From a virus, in the IMG/VR virus record IMGVR_UViG_3300037137_001027, positions 95,508 through 159,507 of that record: a DNA stretch of 64,000 bases; one strand, given 5' to 3'. This document shows, piece after piece, positions 29,606 to 39,560 of this stretch (positions are counted from its first letter, which is position 1; every line of letters starts with the position of its first letter). A program made the position numbers and the translations under genes. Under the pieces are notes generated by a model. The model was not told the origin of the DNA and did not search any database. It was given only the letters and a program-made list of their open reading frames with translations.

Positions 29606-30019
29606 ATGAGATATAAAGGCATAGCTTATCCGCTCGTTAAACATCCGCAAGGATATTTTCACAATGCTGCTAACGATGTGGCTCAAATAAAGTCTAATCT
29701 TGCAGCAATTATACTTACGGAGCCAAATGATAGGATATTTATTCCTTTTTTTGGCGTGGGATTAAGAAAGGTTAATTTCAATGCGCCTATAGAAATAGTC
29801 AGAAGCGAAATTAAGGTCAAAATAGCAGTGGCTATTAAGAAATGGGAACAGCGAATTCAAGTTGAAGATATTGTTGTGGACTTGGCCAGAAATGAAGAAA
29901 ATAAATTTATAATTAAAGTTACTGTTTTGTTTATTGATCCTCTTAACGTCAATAATATTGAAAGCTTAGTAGTTTATAAATCTCTTGGAGGAATTGATGG
30001 CAGAAATATGCCCTTTTGA
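29606..30019 (+). CDS. baseplate wedge gp25-like
   Basis: IKSNL..IILT.P.DR...P.FG.GL; AIKKWEQRI. Confidence 0.9.
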   Translation: MRYKGIAYPLVKHPQGYFHNAANDVAQIKSNLAAIILTEPNDRIFIPFFGVGLRKVNFNAPIEIVRSEIKVKIAVAIKKWEQRIQVEDIVVDLARNEENKFIIKVTVLFIDPLNVNNIESLVVYKSLGGIDGRNMPF

Positions 30020-31562
30020 TGTAACACCATTGGCCGTGCCTAGATTTATAAATAATTTACCTGTTTATAGTGTAAATTATACTAATCAGGATTTTCCATC
30101 CATCAGAGTGCGCACGTTGGAGTTGTTGAAAAACAACTTTGGCAATGAATTTAATGATATAAATGAGTCATCATTGGCAGTCATGCTTGTCGAATGTTGG
30201 GCAGCAATGGCTGACATGTTATCTTTCAAGATAGACCAACTGGCCAATGAACTTTATATTGATACTGTTACAGAACTAGAAAATGCTTTCAGACTAGCCA
30301 AACTGGTAGGTTACAAACCAACACCACCATTACCAGCAAAGTCTATGTTTTTTGCTAAAATAAATACAGTGTACTCAAAAGACCTTATAATAAAGACTCC
30401 AATATTAATCAATCTGGATGGATTAGGTTTTGATATAGCATATGAACTATTTGCATCCGATGGTGAAAATAACCCAATTTTTGGTGCAGATATCATTATT
30501 CCTGCTGGTGCCATGTTTACAGAGGCAGTTGTTGGTTTGGAAGGCATGTCGAGACAGACCACTTTCACCAGCACAGGCAAAGCAAACCAAATATTTACAT
30601 TGCCTTTTGAGAATGTATTTTTAGGTTCAATTAAAGTGATTGTTAACAACTTGGCATGGAACGAAGTTGAGCATTTTACAGAATCGAAAGCTAAAGCAGA
30701 ATATATTATTGAATGCGATGCATATTACAAGCCTTCTATCATATTCGGTGATAACAGAACGGGGCTTGTGCCACCAATTGACTCCAACGTTACAGTAAGT
30801 TTTCGTTTGCCTAACCGAGTCACAACAGAAATTATTAGTGGTGCTTTTGACACAAAAGTTTTCGGTGGCATACCTGGAATCACTGACCATGTAATCATTA
30901 ATGTTAAGAACTATACAAAAAGCGAATATGGATATCCAGGCGACTCTATAAATGATATTAGAAAAAAGTTACCTGCATATTTGCGCTCGCAGAACCGCGC
31001 GGTTACAGGCGCGGATTACAAATACATTACAGACAGTTTTACAACACCACATGATGGCATGATTGGCAAATCCAACATAGTTTTAAGAAGTCATGGATGT
31101 GCGGCTAACGTAATAGATGTAATTATACTGGCGCAAACTGGAGACTATAGACTCGTAAAGGCTAATGATAATCTGAAAGCCAGTTTGCTTGAGATGATAA
31201 ATAACAAAAAAATATTTACTGATTATGTATGTATCAAAGATGGTGAGGTAATTTACACTGACATAAATGTTAATGTTTATCTGAACAAGAACATGAAGAA
31301 ATTTGAGACAGAAATTAGAAACAAAATAATCGAGAAGTTAGAACAATATTTTGACTTAAATAATTGGGAGTTTGGACAACCTCTGAAAGAGAAAGACATT
31401 GTAAAAAGTTTAGCCACTATCAAGGAGGCGAAACAATTTGACATTGGATTTGTCACCAACCAACCAACGCATGATAAAGTTTCAGAGAACATAGTTGTTG
31501 CAAAGCATAATGAAATTATAAGACCAGATAATTTAAATATAAATTTCACATACGAAAAATGA
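29997..31562 (+). CDS. baseplate wedge gp6 / baseplate J-like
   Basis: YTNQDF..IR, LAKLVGYKP, FGD...G..P, QNRAVTGADY. Confidence 0.9.
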   Translation: MAEICPFDVTPLAVPRFINNLPVYSVNYTNQDFPSIRVRTLELLKNNFGNEFNDINESSLAVMLVECWAAMADMLSFKIDQLANELYIDTVTELENAFRLAKLVGYKPTPPLPAKSMFFAKINTVYSKDLIIKTPILINLDGLGFDIAYELFASDGENNPIFGADIIIPAGAMFTEAVVGLEGMSRQTTFTSTGKANQIFTLPFENVFLGSIKVIVNNLAWNEVEHFTESKAKAEYIIECDAYYKPSIIFGDNRTGLVPPIDSNVTVSFRLPNRVTTEIISGAFDTKVFGGIPGITDHVIINVKNYTKSEYGYPGDSINDIRKKLPAYLRSQNRAVTGADYKYITDSFTTPHDGMIGKSNIVLRSHGCAANVIDVIILAQTGDYRLVKANDNLKASLLEMINNKKIFTDYVCIKDGEVIYTDINVNVYLNKNMKKFETEIRNKIIEKLEQYFDLNNWEFGQPLKEKDIVKSLATIKEAKQFDIGFVTNQPTHDKVSENIVVAKHNEIIRPDNLNINFTYEK

Positions 31563-33379
31563 GGTTCGTTATGAAATATGTAAGAAGTATAGATCATCCA
31601 AAAACAGACGATACAGTAGGTTTTCTATTAGAAACCTACAATGATGATGGTCTATTGAAAAATCCATATACTTTAGAACAAATTTACATATATCGAATAG
31701 AAAGACGAACAACAGGCAATGACCGATTTATAGAGTTTAAAAAATGGCATCCAGAAATAGAGAACGAACACGCAGCCCTGGCGTCACAACAGAATGCGGA
31801 TACCAGCAGGTTGCTTAAGCTTAAAAAAACTGCTACGGATAATAAAATTTCTTATTCAGAAGCTAAAATTGTGTTAGAAACAACAAATCCATTGTGGCAA
31901 CGAGAAGGTAAAAGTTTAGTTTTCAACATCACAGACGACAATAAAAAGGAAATTGAAGGCAAGTTTTTGTTCTTGTGGCAGCCAAAAGGAATGCGAGAAG
32001 GAAGTTACCTGATACAGTGGCATTGGAAAAATACAAAAAACGGGAAACTAAACTCTGCACAGAAGTTGTTTACACTTTATCCAGCGTTGGAAAAAATAAA
32101 CAGCATTTATAGAAACTTCGTACCAAGGCAGAAATATAACTTCCTTTTCGACAAGTATATTCCGCCGATGTATCGCACTCAAACAACCATGACGGATATT
32201 ACTCCTGAAGTGCTTGTGAAGTTTAACAAATCAATCGCTCAGTTTTTGTTAGAGTTAGATGATTTGGCCGTAGGATTAATTGACCTAATCAGTCCTACGT
32301 TTATACCAGAGGGTTTCTTGCCAGCTTTAGCAAACTTTTTCAATCTACAATTAAGGTCTGATAATGTTGCTGCATGGCGCAACCAGATTAAACACGCAAT
32401 GCTTTTGTACAAAAAGAAAGGGACAAAACAAGGATTATCGGAAGCTTTAGATCAAGCTGGAATTAAATTGCTGAAATTAACCAATTTGTGGCAAGTAATC
32501 TCGCCGTGTACATGGACAGATGGCTTCGTAATTAATGCAGATATGCAGCAAGGCACAACACTAGGTCACTTAAGTAGAAAACCAGTAGACAAAACAATAG
32601 AAGTTTCAATTAAGTCAGTAGAAACAGATGAATACTTTATTTTGCCAAACAATATAATAAGTTTACAAGAAATGTCAATTCCAGAACCACAAATAGCGGT
32701 TATATGGTTGGGTGACTCGCATTCAGAACCAATTAACTTGTTCAAGGGTGACGTTGTAAGAGTAAAATACAAGTACAATAAAATGCCAGAAAGTTTAAAG
32801 GAAATAGAAAACTACATTCAAACTTTACCGCTAGCAGACCAAAGAGATGAGACAAAGGTTAAATACCCATTGAAAAATTGGAATGTGAAATTGATTGAAG
32901 AAGATGATCCTTTATTCGACTTGCTGATTCCAGAAAGACATTCTTTCCATAATCCAGTCACTTTCGGTAAGATTAGGACTACGTTCCTATACAGTGAAAA
33001 AGCTTTTAATATGGACACATATAACGGTAGTCTATATAACTCTAATAATCCATGCGACATGGACAAAGACTTTGTAGACCCGTGTAGTGGTGGGCAAAGC
33101 AGTAAGTTCAACGTTCACCTTGAATTTGACCAAGCGAGTGATGAAAAAATAGAAGAGGCGAAAGAAATCATAGAAGATTATTCTCCGTTTCATGCGGTGT
33201 TACACAATATGAAAATAAGCAGCAAGACCACTGAATTCATAATTCCGCCTACAGAAAAAGTAAAGAGTAAAGTAAAGAATAAAAACTCAAATATAAGTGA
33301 AAATGTTAGTTGTTCTGAAGCTATCTATTGTCAAATAAAATACAAGGATGGTAAAGTAGAACATGGGAGATTAATCTAG
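31559..33379 (+). CDS. baseplate wedge gp7 / P2 gpI-like
   Basis: FLPALA.F...WRNQIK.A..LYKKKGT..GL; YSPFH. Confidence 0.75.
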   Translation: MRFVMKYVRSIDHPKTDDTVGFLLETYNDDGLLKNPYTLEQIYIYRIERRTTGNDRFIEFKKWHPEIENEHAALASQQNADTSRLLKLKKTATDNKISYSEAKIVLETTNPLWQREGKSLVFNITDDNKKEIEGKFLFLWQPKGMREGSYLIQWHWKNTKNGKLNSAQKLFTLYPALEKINSIYRNFVPRQKYNFLFDKYIPPMYRTQTTMTDITPEVLVKFNKSIAQFLLELDDLAVGLIDLISPTFIPEGFLPALANFFNLQLRSDNVAAWRNQIKHAMLLYKKKGTKQGLSEALDQAGIKLLKLTNLWQVISPCTWTDGFVINADMQQGTTLGHLSRKPVDKTIEVSIKSVETDEYFILPNNIISLQEMSIPEPQIAVIWLGDSHSEPINLFKGDVVRVKYKYNKMPESLKEIENYIQTLPLADQRDETKVKYPLKNWNVKLIEEDDPLFDLLIPERHSFHNPVTFGKIRTTFLYSEKAFNMDTYNGSLYNSNNPCDMDKDFVDPCSGGQSSKFNVHLEFDQASDEKIEEAKEIIEDYSPFHAVLHNMKISSKTTEFIIPPTEKVKSKVKNKNSNISENVSCSEAIYCQIKYKDGKVEHGRLI

Positions 33380-33390
33380 GAGAAATTATT

Positions 33391-33852
33391 ATGGATGTAA
33401 TTAAACTAAAAGGTTTTATAGAAGCAAAAATAACACATAAAAACACTGATAGGATAGACGTAATCAAGTTTAACAATAGTGTTTTGACTGGCGGTAAAAC
33501 ATACTTGGCAAGATGTTTATTGGAGGAACCAACGAAACTTCATGTCGCTCACATGTTGTTTGGCGACGGTGGTACAACGAATGGTAATCCAAAGGAAGTA
33601 TCCCCTTTTCAAGATAAGCTTTTTGGAGTAACAAGAATCAAAAAGCCAGTAATTGCTCAAGTTGACCATGAAATGCCAACGCAAGTTATTTTTAGCGTAA
33701 TTGTTACCGACAATGAAGGTAATGATTTCCCCTTAAATGAAATGGGATTAGAATTATCTGATGGTACTCTTTTCAATCTTTCAACTTTTGCTGATTTGAA
33801 TAAAACAGATCAAATGGAGATTGCCTGGAGTTGGTTTGTTTGTTTCGTTTAA
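33391..33852 (+). CDS. tail collar / fibre-attachment-like protein
   Basis: N.V...G...LA, FGDGGT, LNEMGL, LNKT...I.W. Confidence 0.6.
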   Translation: MDVIKLKGFIEAKITHKNTDRIDVIKFNNSVLTGGKTYLARCLLEEPTKLHVAHMLFGDGGTTNGNPKEVSPFQDKLFGVTRIKKPVIAQVDHEMPTQVIFSVIVTDNEGNDFPLNEMGLELSDGTLFNLSTFADLNKTDQMEIAWSWFVCFV

Positions 33853-33856
33853 TAGT

Positions 33857-34399
33857 ATGACTAATTTATATAAATACAAACCCTTAAAATTTGGGTTTAT
33901 AGTATTGTGTCCAAATTTAAATTTGGGCCATTTGACCAACACAATTAGCTCTATAAATATATATTTTCCAGAAGCTAAAACTGTTATTATTTTGCCTAGC
34001 AACTGTAAAAAAGAAGACTTAGATACAGCGTCTAGTTTCAAGAAGAGTTACAAAGGTGGTAAAACAACAGCCGCAATGATTAACGCTGGTATGACGCACA
34101 CCCTCTGTAACGAATGGAACTTTATACTCTTCTCAAAAGGCTGGGTCAGGAACAGATTAGACATTAAGTATTCTTATTTCGTGGAAAATGAACAAGACAT
34201 TCTATTTCCGATCATCAACCGCAATCTCACTTTCGCTTATTCAGACATGAACGGACTCTTTATTCACAAAAAATCTTTTCAAGACATTGGCGACTTCCCC
34301 GATATGGACCCATTAGATTCAAGCAAAATAATTTGGGCGAGTAACGCAATACAAAAAGGATACAGGTTCAAGGGAATCATAGGTGGCAAGGTGTTTTAA
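33857..34399 (+). CDS. degenerate GT-A-fold glycosyltransferase-like protein
   Basis: T..SI, INAGM, WNFIL, GLFIHKK.F..IG.F. Confidence 0.45.
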   Translation: MTNLYKYKPLKFGFIVLCPNLNLGHLTNTISSINIYFPEAKTVIILPSNCKKEDLDTASSFKKSYKGGKTTAAMINAGMTHTLCNEWNFILFSKGWVRNRLDIKYSYFVENEQDILFPIINRNLTFAYSDMNGLFIHKKSFQDIGDFPDMDPLDSSKIIWASNAIQKGYRFKGIIGGKVF

Positions 34400-35179
34400 A
34401 TCCGCTAACGTGGTCAATTTAAGATTTGGATACTTATTATAGAAACGATCAAGCAAACCATTTTCTTGCAAAAAAGAATACATTGAACGTTCCATTCTCG
34501 CATGATGTTTGTGATGTTCACCATTATTTGATATTATTGCCAGGTTATCTAACTTGTTGTTTAACTTATTCCCATCAACATGATGCACCACCAATTTTTC
34601 GCTCCATTCCTTATTTTTCAGCATGAATAATTTTTTTGCTTCATGGAGATGCAAAAGTTCTTTTGTTTTAATTATTCTACAATATTTAAATTTGCCATAC
34701 GAAACAGATATTTTTTCTCCATCTATTTCACTAATAAAAATTTGTTCATTTTTTCTTCTAATACAGCCGCACGATCTAATATGTTTTATTTTTAGTCGAA
34801 CCAGGCTACTTTTTACCTCATTGCCACAATCACAATTCAAAACAAACCAAGTACCCTTATATTTTGGATGATGGTAAATTTCTTTAACTGTCAGCCTATC
34901 AAATTTTTTTCCGATATATTCTTCTGCAATTACTTTATCTTTATTCCTCCTTCTAGTTTTTATCATTTTTTCTATTTGAGCTTCATTTTTTATTGATAAA
35001 AGGCACCCACATGATTTAATTTTACCAGATTTCAATTGGTCATAACGAATTACTTTTTTACTTCCGCACTCACAAAGGCAATAAACATACCTTCTATTCT
35101 CTTCAGTCAGAACCTCTTCAATAATCTCTAATTTATTATATTTTTTACCAATGGGCAACAAGCGTTTTTGATAAGGCAT
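34319..35179 (-). mobile_element. free-standing HNH homing endonuclease
   Basis: Two G.K..L...C.CG...L......SCGC modules plus VVHHVDGNKLNNKLDNL..H..HH. Confidence 0.85.
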
Positions 35180-35719
35180 TTAAATTTCTCCATATATAAA
35201 ACTCCATCTGTTGTTGTGTTTATGCTTACCATCATTTACTTCTGTTAAATAAAAAAACAATGCATCCCACCCAGCAAACATAAACTCTGGTGGTATAAAA
35301 CCGAAATACCATAATGGTATATATGTAATATTGTCTAAATTTGTCACTAATAATGTAGGTTTTTTTGCATTATTACTATTAATGATTTCATGATGGGTTC
35401 CAGTGGTTGGAATCTTATAAGGAAGGTAAGCAATTAATAAATCGCTTCTATCAACAAGAGACAAATCTTTGCGCACAAAGTTTTTTGCAATACGAACTAT
35501 TGTCTCCACATCTTTATTTTTTTGTGCCTCGGTTAATGTCGGCACCCATTGTTGTTTGGGGTCTGCAAAAGGATCAAAAATCTGTAAGCCAAATTTTTGG
35601 GTGAGGATATCTTTAGGCTTGTCTCGCCAGTTAGATTCATCACCAAACTGGATTGGACCAGATAAATAAACTCTCTTGTCAGCAAGTGGTTTGTTTGCAA
35701 GTGGTTTGTTTGCAATCAT
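35180..35719 (-). CDS. nucleoside 2-deoxyribosyltransferase-like protein
   Basis: VYLSGPI, WR, FDP, DL..V..SD, GT..E; 15-bp duplication gives ANKPLANKPL. Confidence 0.85.
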   Translation of the reverse strand: MIANKPLANKPLADKRVYLSGPIQFGDESNWRDKPKDILTQKFGLQIFDPFADPKQQWVPTLTEAQKNKDVETIVRIAKNFVRKDLSLVDRSDLLIAYLPYKIPTTGTHHEIINSNNAKKPTLLVTNLDNITYIPLWYFGFIPPEFMFAGWDALFFYLTEVNDGKHKHNNRWSFIYGEI

Positions 35720-35761
35720 TGTAACCTCCGAAACTATAATAAATAACCAGGAGAAAATAAA

Positions 35762-36454
35762 ATGTCAAGTAATGAAGAGTTTTTCGAGAAGATTGATAAG
35801 GTTTTGGAACGCGCACCTGAAAACCGACACAGTTTCTACCAGTTGAAGTATTTCGTACTAGGCAAAGAGCCTACCACACAAGCACAATTATGGCAATGTC
35901 TAAAAGAGCTTCAATCAAGAAAAGAAACCATCGAGACACTAGCCCTTCAAATCGAAGATACTAAGGACGAAATCGAACTAATCAAAATAGATCACGAAAA
36001 GTTCTATTCCGATACCGATTTAACTTATCTAAACACAAAATTAAACGAAATTTGCAAGCGTGAACAGACAATAAAATCAAGGAGACTAAAAAGGAAGGTA
36101 GAATCCCTTTTAAATAACATAGATAAGATGCAAAAAAAGCTAGAATTTGAAATTCAGGAAGCGAAGTTCTTTCTTCAGGCATTTGAAGCTTTAGAGAAGG
36201 TAGAAGAACTAAAAGATTACGATGACCATGAAGCACAACAGGAATTTTGGGAAGCGAAAATTTCAGAAGAAATTAATTTGCGAATTTTAACCAAACAGCC
36301 ATTGCCATCGGACTTACTTAGAACGGCATTATCTCTACATGAAAAGTCTGGGGTTAAGGCGCAAGTTATCAATCTTTTAGAAGGCTGTAAAGCTCAAATA
36401 CAAGTTGCATGTGAAAAGGAGAATAATGTCCGAAAACAAATTAACAATAAATAA
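35762..36454 (+). CDS. coiled-coil protein
   Basis: Long heptad region; TAAATA box and AGGAG SD. Confidence 0.65.
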   Translation: MSSNEEFFEKIDKVLERAPENRHSFYQLKYFVLGKEPTTQAQLWQCLKELQSRKETIETLALQIEDTKDEIELIKIDHEKFYSDTDLTYLNTKLNEICKREQTIKSRRLKRKVESLLNNIDKMQKKLEFEIQEAKFFLQAFEALEKVEELKDYDDHEAQQEFWEAKISEEINLRILTKQPLPSDLLRTALSLHEKSGVKAQVINLLEGCKAQIQVACEKENNVRKQINNK

Positions 36455-37421
36455 GAGTTCAACGCCAGGCCATTTATCCGTTTTCCCGAAAGCAAAAGAC
36501 ACCCCGTTTAACCTACATTATGCGACAAATAAAGCTCAGGATACGCTTAGATATACACTGTCTGTTAATGGCAAATACATAGTCTTGAATGATGCAAGCA
36601 GTTTCCCGAATAGTGGCATAATTAAAATTACACCATCTAATTCAGATACATTGCTTGGAATTAATGAAGTGGTTTTCTATGGTAAAAAAATTGGGGATCA
36701 GTTGCATTTGTTACATAGAGGCTACAGCGGCACCTCTACACATACATGGCCAACAGGGAGTAAAGTTACTTGTCCATTAATGGCCGAACACCATAATGCA
36801 ATTAAAGACGCCATCATCCAGATTGAAAAGAAAATAGGATTAAAAGAACATCCAAGTGACGACTCGATTAATGGAATTTTGAACTACCTGGAAAACAAAT
36901 GGCTAGCACCAAAACCAGTGTTTAGAGGCTATCCTCGAATGGGTGCAGCACCATTAATCGTAACATTTCACAATTTTTCAACAGGCTATGGCGGCAGGTA
37001 TTTGTGGGACTTTGGAGACGGAGAAACAAGCAATCAAGAAAATCCTATTCACACCTATTCGACCGAAGGTAAATTTACAGTGCGATTAACCATGACTTCC
37101 GTTAACCAAGGGCAAGGTTTAACAGAAAAAACTGACTATATAGAGATAAATAATAATCAACTCCCTTCTTTCTTTTATGTAACTCCACTTCAGGGCAGCA
37201 CAGATACTGAGTTCTCTTTTGTAGACCAAAGTGATGGGGATATAGTTGAAAGACACTGGTTTTTTGGAGATGGGGTAGATATCACAGTAACTAACCCAAA
37301 TATTCATAGTGTTACTCACAAATATAGCAAAAAAGGCAGTTATACACCATCTCTGATACTTAGATTGTCGGATAACAAAATTAAGAAGGTCGTATTACCA
37401 GAAGGAATAGACATAGTATGA
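36426..37421 (+). CDS. virion appendage protein with 2 PKD domains
   Basis: WDFGDG...NP.HTY...G.FTV.LT; W.FGDG...H.Y...G.Y. Confidence 0.8.
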   Translation: MSENKLTINKSSTPGHLSVFPKAKDTPFNLHYATNKAQDTLRYTLSVNGKYIVLNDASSFPNSGIIKITPSNSDTLLGINEVVFYGKKIGDQLHLLHRGYSGTSTHTWPTGSKVTCPLMAEHHNAIKDAIIQIEKKIGLKEHPSDDSINGILNYLENKWLAPKPVFRGYPRMGAAPLIVTFHNFSTGYGGRYLWDFGDGETSNQENPIHTYSTEGKFTVRLTMTSVNQGQGLTEKTDYIEINNNQLPSFFYVTPLQGSTDTEFSFVDQSDGDIVERHWFFGDGVDITVTNPNIHSVTHKYSKKGSYTPSLILRLSDNKIKKVVLPEGIDIV

Positions 37422-39538
37422 TGAAACTACCCCAAGGCAGTTATTATCCAGAATCCTTAGACAACGATGAAAATTTGTACTTGGTGCATGATGCATTAAG
37501 AGTACCATTAGGGTTCGACTACCATCCTGGTAGCAGCATGATATTGGCTGACGGCGACATTAGTAAATTCCCAGCATCTGGAATCATAACCTTAGTCGAG
37601 CAGCACAATTCCCCAAAGGAAAGAGCCGTTTCTCTGTATTATGGTGCAAGAACTAACAGAGAATTCACCAACTTGGAGTTATTGCCAGACTCCATTGATT
37701 GTATGAAGCCTAAAAAAATCACAATGATAACTCTTCAGGCAATGGCAAATCACAGGGAAGCATTAAAAGAAGCTATCTTGGCTATAGAAAAATTCTTAGG
37801 CCCAAAACATTCGGTTGAGAGTGAACCCAAGATTGGAACCATATTTGGAAGATTAAACTTCATGAAAAAGATTTTATTCTCTCCTAAGGCGTGGTTCGAA
37901 GCAGATAGATCAATAGGCGCGGCACCATTTACAACAAAATTTGTTTTTACTGGCTCTGGTAATGTAGGACCAGTTGGTGATGTTACATACGAATGGAAAT
38001 TCAATGATGAAGAAATAACAACATTTGAACCAGTGGTTGAAAAAATATTCCTTAGCCCTGGAAATTATACTGTCTCACTTACTGTTAAAAACTATTATGG
38101 AGAAGATACAGTTACTTTTGTCGATATGGTCAAAATCAAAGGTCAAGCTCCTGACCAAGCCAGCATAAAATTCTTGCCATTCGAGAACCAAATCCACCTT
38201 GATGATATTATCCCTAAAATCCGTACTCCAGTTAACCAGCCTGTCTTAATTGAAATTCCACAAAAATCTGTTGAAAATAATAAGAAAACTTTTGCTGGTG
38301 AACTCATCGACCCAAAAACAAACAAAGCAACAGATGCTGTTACAAGTTATACCTGGACCCTAAGCGATGACCTACCACACGCCAATGCCCATAAAACAAA
38401 GGCGCTTTTCACAGTCGGAGGCTTTCACGATTTGGTAGTGCGGACAGATACTGACTTAGGTGCTTACAGAATAACGACTTACGAAAATGCCATAGATGTT
38501 GTGGAGCCGACAAACCTATGGATTTGGGGCAATGAGAACAAGCAAAGAGTTAGGTCTTATGAGTTTGGTTTAGTAAGTGAGGTATTGAAAACTTCAAACA
38601 ATACTTACGCTTTAAGATCAAGTGACAAGTTTATTGATGACAAGCCCGAAAATCAAAGACAAATATTTGAATTTTGGAGGAACAATGGCGCGGCCAAGAA
38701 GGACAGTCTTAAATCTGGAGAAGGTGGTGAATGTTTGCTATTTTGGGCAAGCGGAAGAACCATAACAGATTTGCCTGACGAGGAACGCATAAACTTTGCA
38801 ACCTACAATGGATTTAGCGATCATTACAAGGTTGAACATTCTATTAACAGACCTTGGAATTGGGCAGCGTTGGCGTCCAACAAGGATATATACTTTATAT
38901 GTGGATTGCCAACAACCGAGCAACTACCTACATTGTCATTGACTAATAAAACAAAAACTACATATAACATTGCGGCAGAGATAAGTGCTAATGACACTCT
39001 TGAGTACAGTAATTTCAAAAATGGCGCACATGATCTAACGGTTAATCCTGGCGTATTTGATTCAAAATACGACGCTCCATATGGACATTATTCTGCTTAC
39101 AGAACGACTTGGAAAGATGACGTTGGTTATATGGTAAGAACTGTTGGGTTGGGAGAACACTTCGCATTTCAGAATTTCTACAAGACAGAAGGTACGCTAG
39201 GACTGCCGTTCAGGAATATCGTCAAACTTCCAGATATGCCTGGAGAGGGAAATAAAGAAGGTTCTTTAATTGGTTTGAATAATGGAATTTATTTCTTTAA
39301 TAACCACGGTGGCTCTTATTGTTTTAATACGACAACTGGCACTTGGGAACTGGTTAATTCCCACAATAAAATAGCAAGGAGTGATTTAAATAGTTTGTTA
39401 GCTGCATCTGATTTGGAGTCAAAGGCATATATAAGCATTGAGGATACAGCGTTCTTCAAGTTTAATGAACTAGATATGTCCTATGTCACTTTCAGTCAAA
39501 GTCCTATAAATAAACAGTGGTTAATGACAATTTTTTAA
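37418..39538 (+). CDS. virion appendage protein with PKD domains and beta-rich C-terminus
   Basis: Shared N-terminal domain; YEWKF...PGNYTVSLTV. Confidence 0.7.
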   Translation: MMKLPQGSYYPESLDNDENLYLVHDALRVPLGFDYHPGSSMILADGDISKFPASGIITLVEQHNSPKERAVSLYYGARTNREFTNLELLPDSIDCMKPKKITMITLQAMANHREALKEAILAIEKFLGPKHSVESEPKIGTIFGRLNFMKKILFSPKAWFEADRSIGAAPFTTKFVFTGSGNVGPVGDVTYEWKFNDEEITTFEPVVEKIFLSPGNYTVSLTVKNYYGEDTVTFVDMVKIKGQAPDQASIKFLPFENQIHLDDIIPKIRTPVNQPVLIEIPQKSVENNKKTFAGELIDPKTNKATDAVTSYTWTLSDDLPHANAHKTKALFTVGGFHDLVVRTDTDLGAYRITTYENAIDVVEPTNLWIWGNENKQRVRSYEFGLVSEVLKTSNNTYALRSSDKFIDDKPENQRQIFEFWRNNGAAKKDSLKSGEGGECLLFWASGRTITDLPDEERINFATYNGFSDHYKVEHSINRPWNWAALASNKDIYFICGLPTTEQLPTLSLTNKTKTTYNIAAEISANDTLEYSNFKNGAHDLTVNPGVFDSKYDAPYGHYSAYRTTWKDDVGYMVRTVGLGEHFAFQNFYKTEGTLGLPFRNIVKLPDMPGEGNKEGSLIGLNNGIYFFNNHGGSYCFNTTTGTWELVNSHNKIARSDLNSLLAASDLESKAYISIEDTAFFKFNELDMSYVTFSQSPINKQWLMTIF

Positions 39539-39560
39539 TATATAGTATAAAGGAGTAGAA

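Noticed and set aside
24152-33852. Bacterial contractile injection system (eCIS/T6SS)
   Set aside because: Terminase, gp2-like protein, primase and homing endonucleases show a phage context
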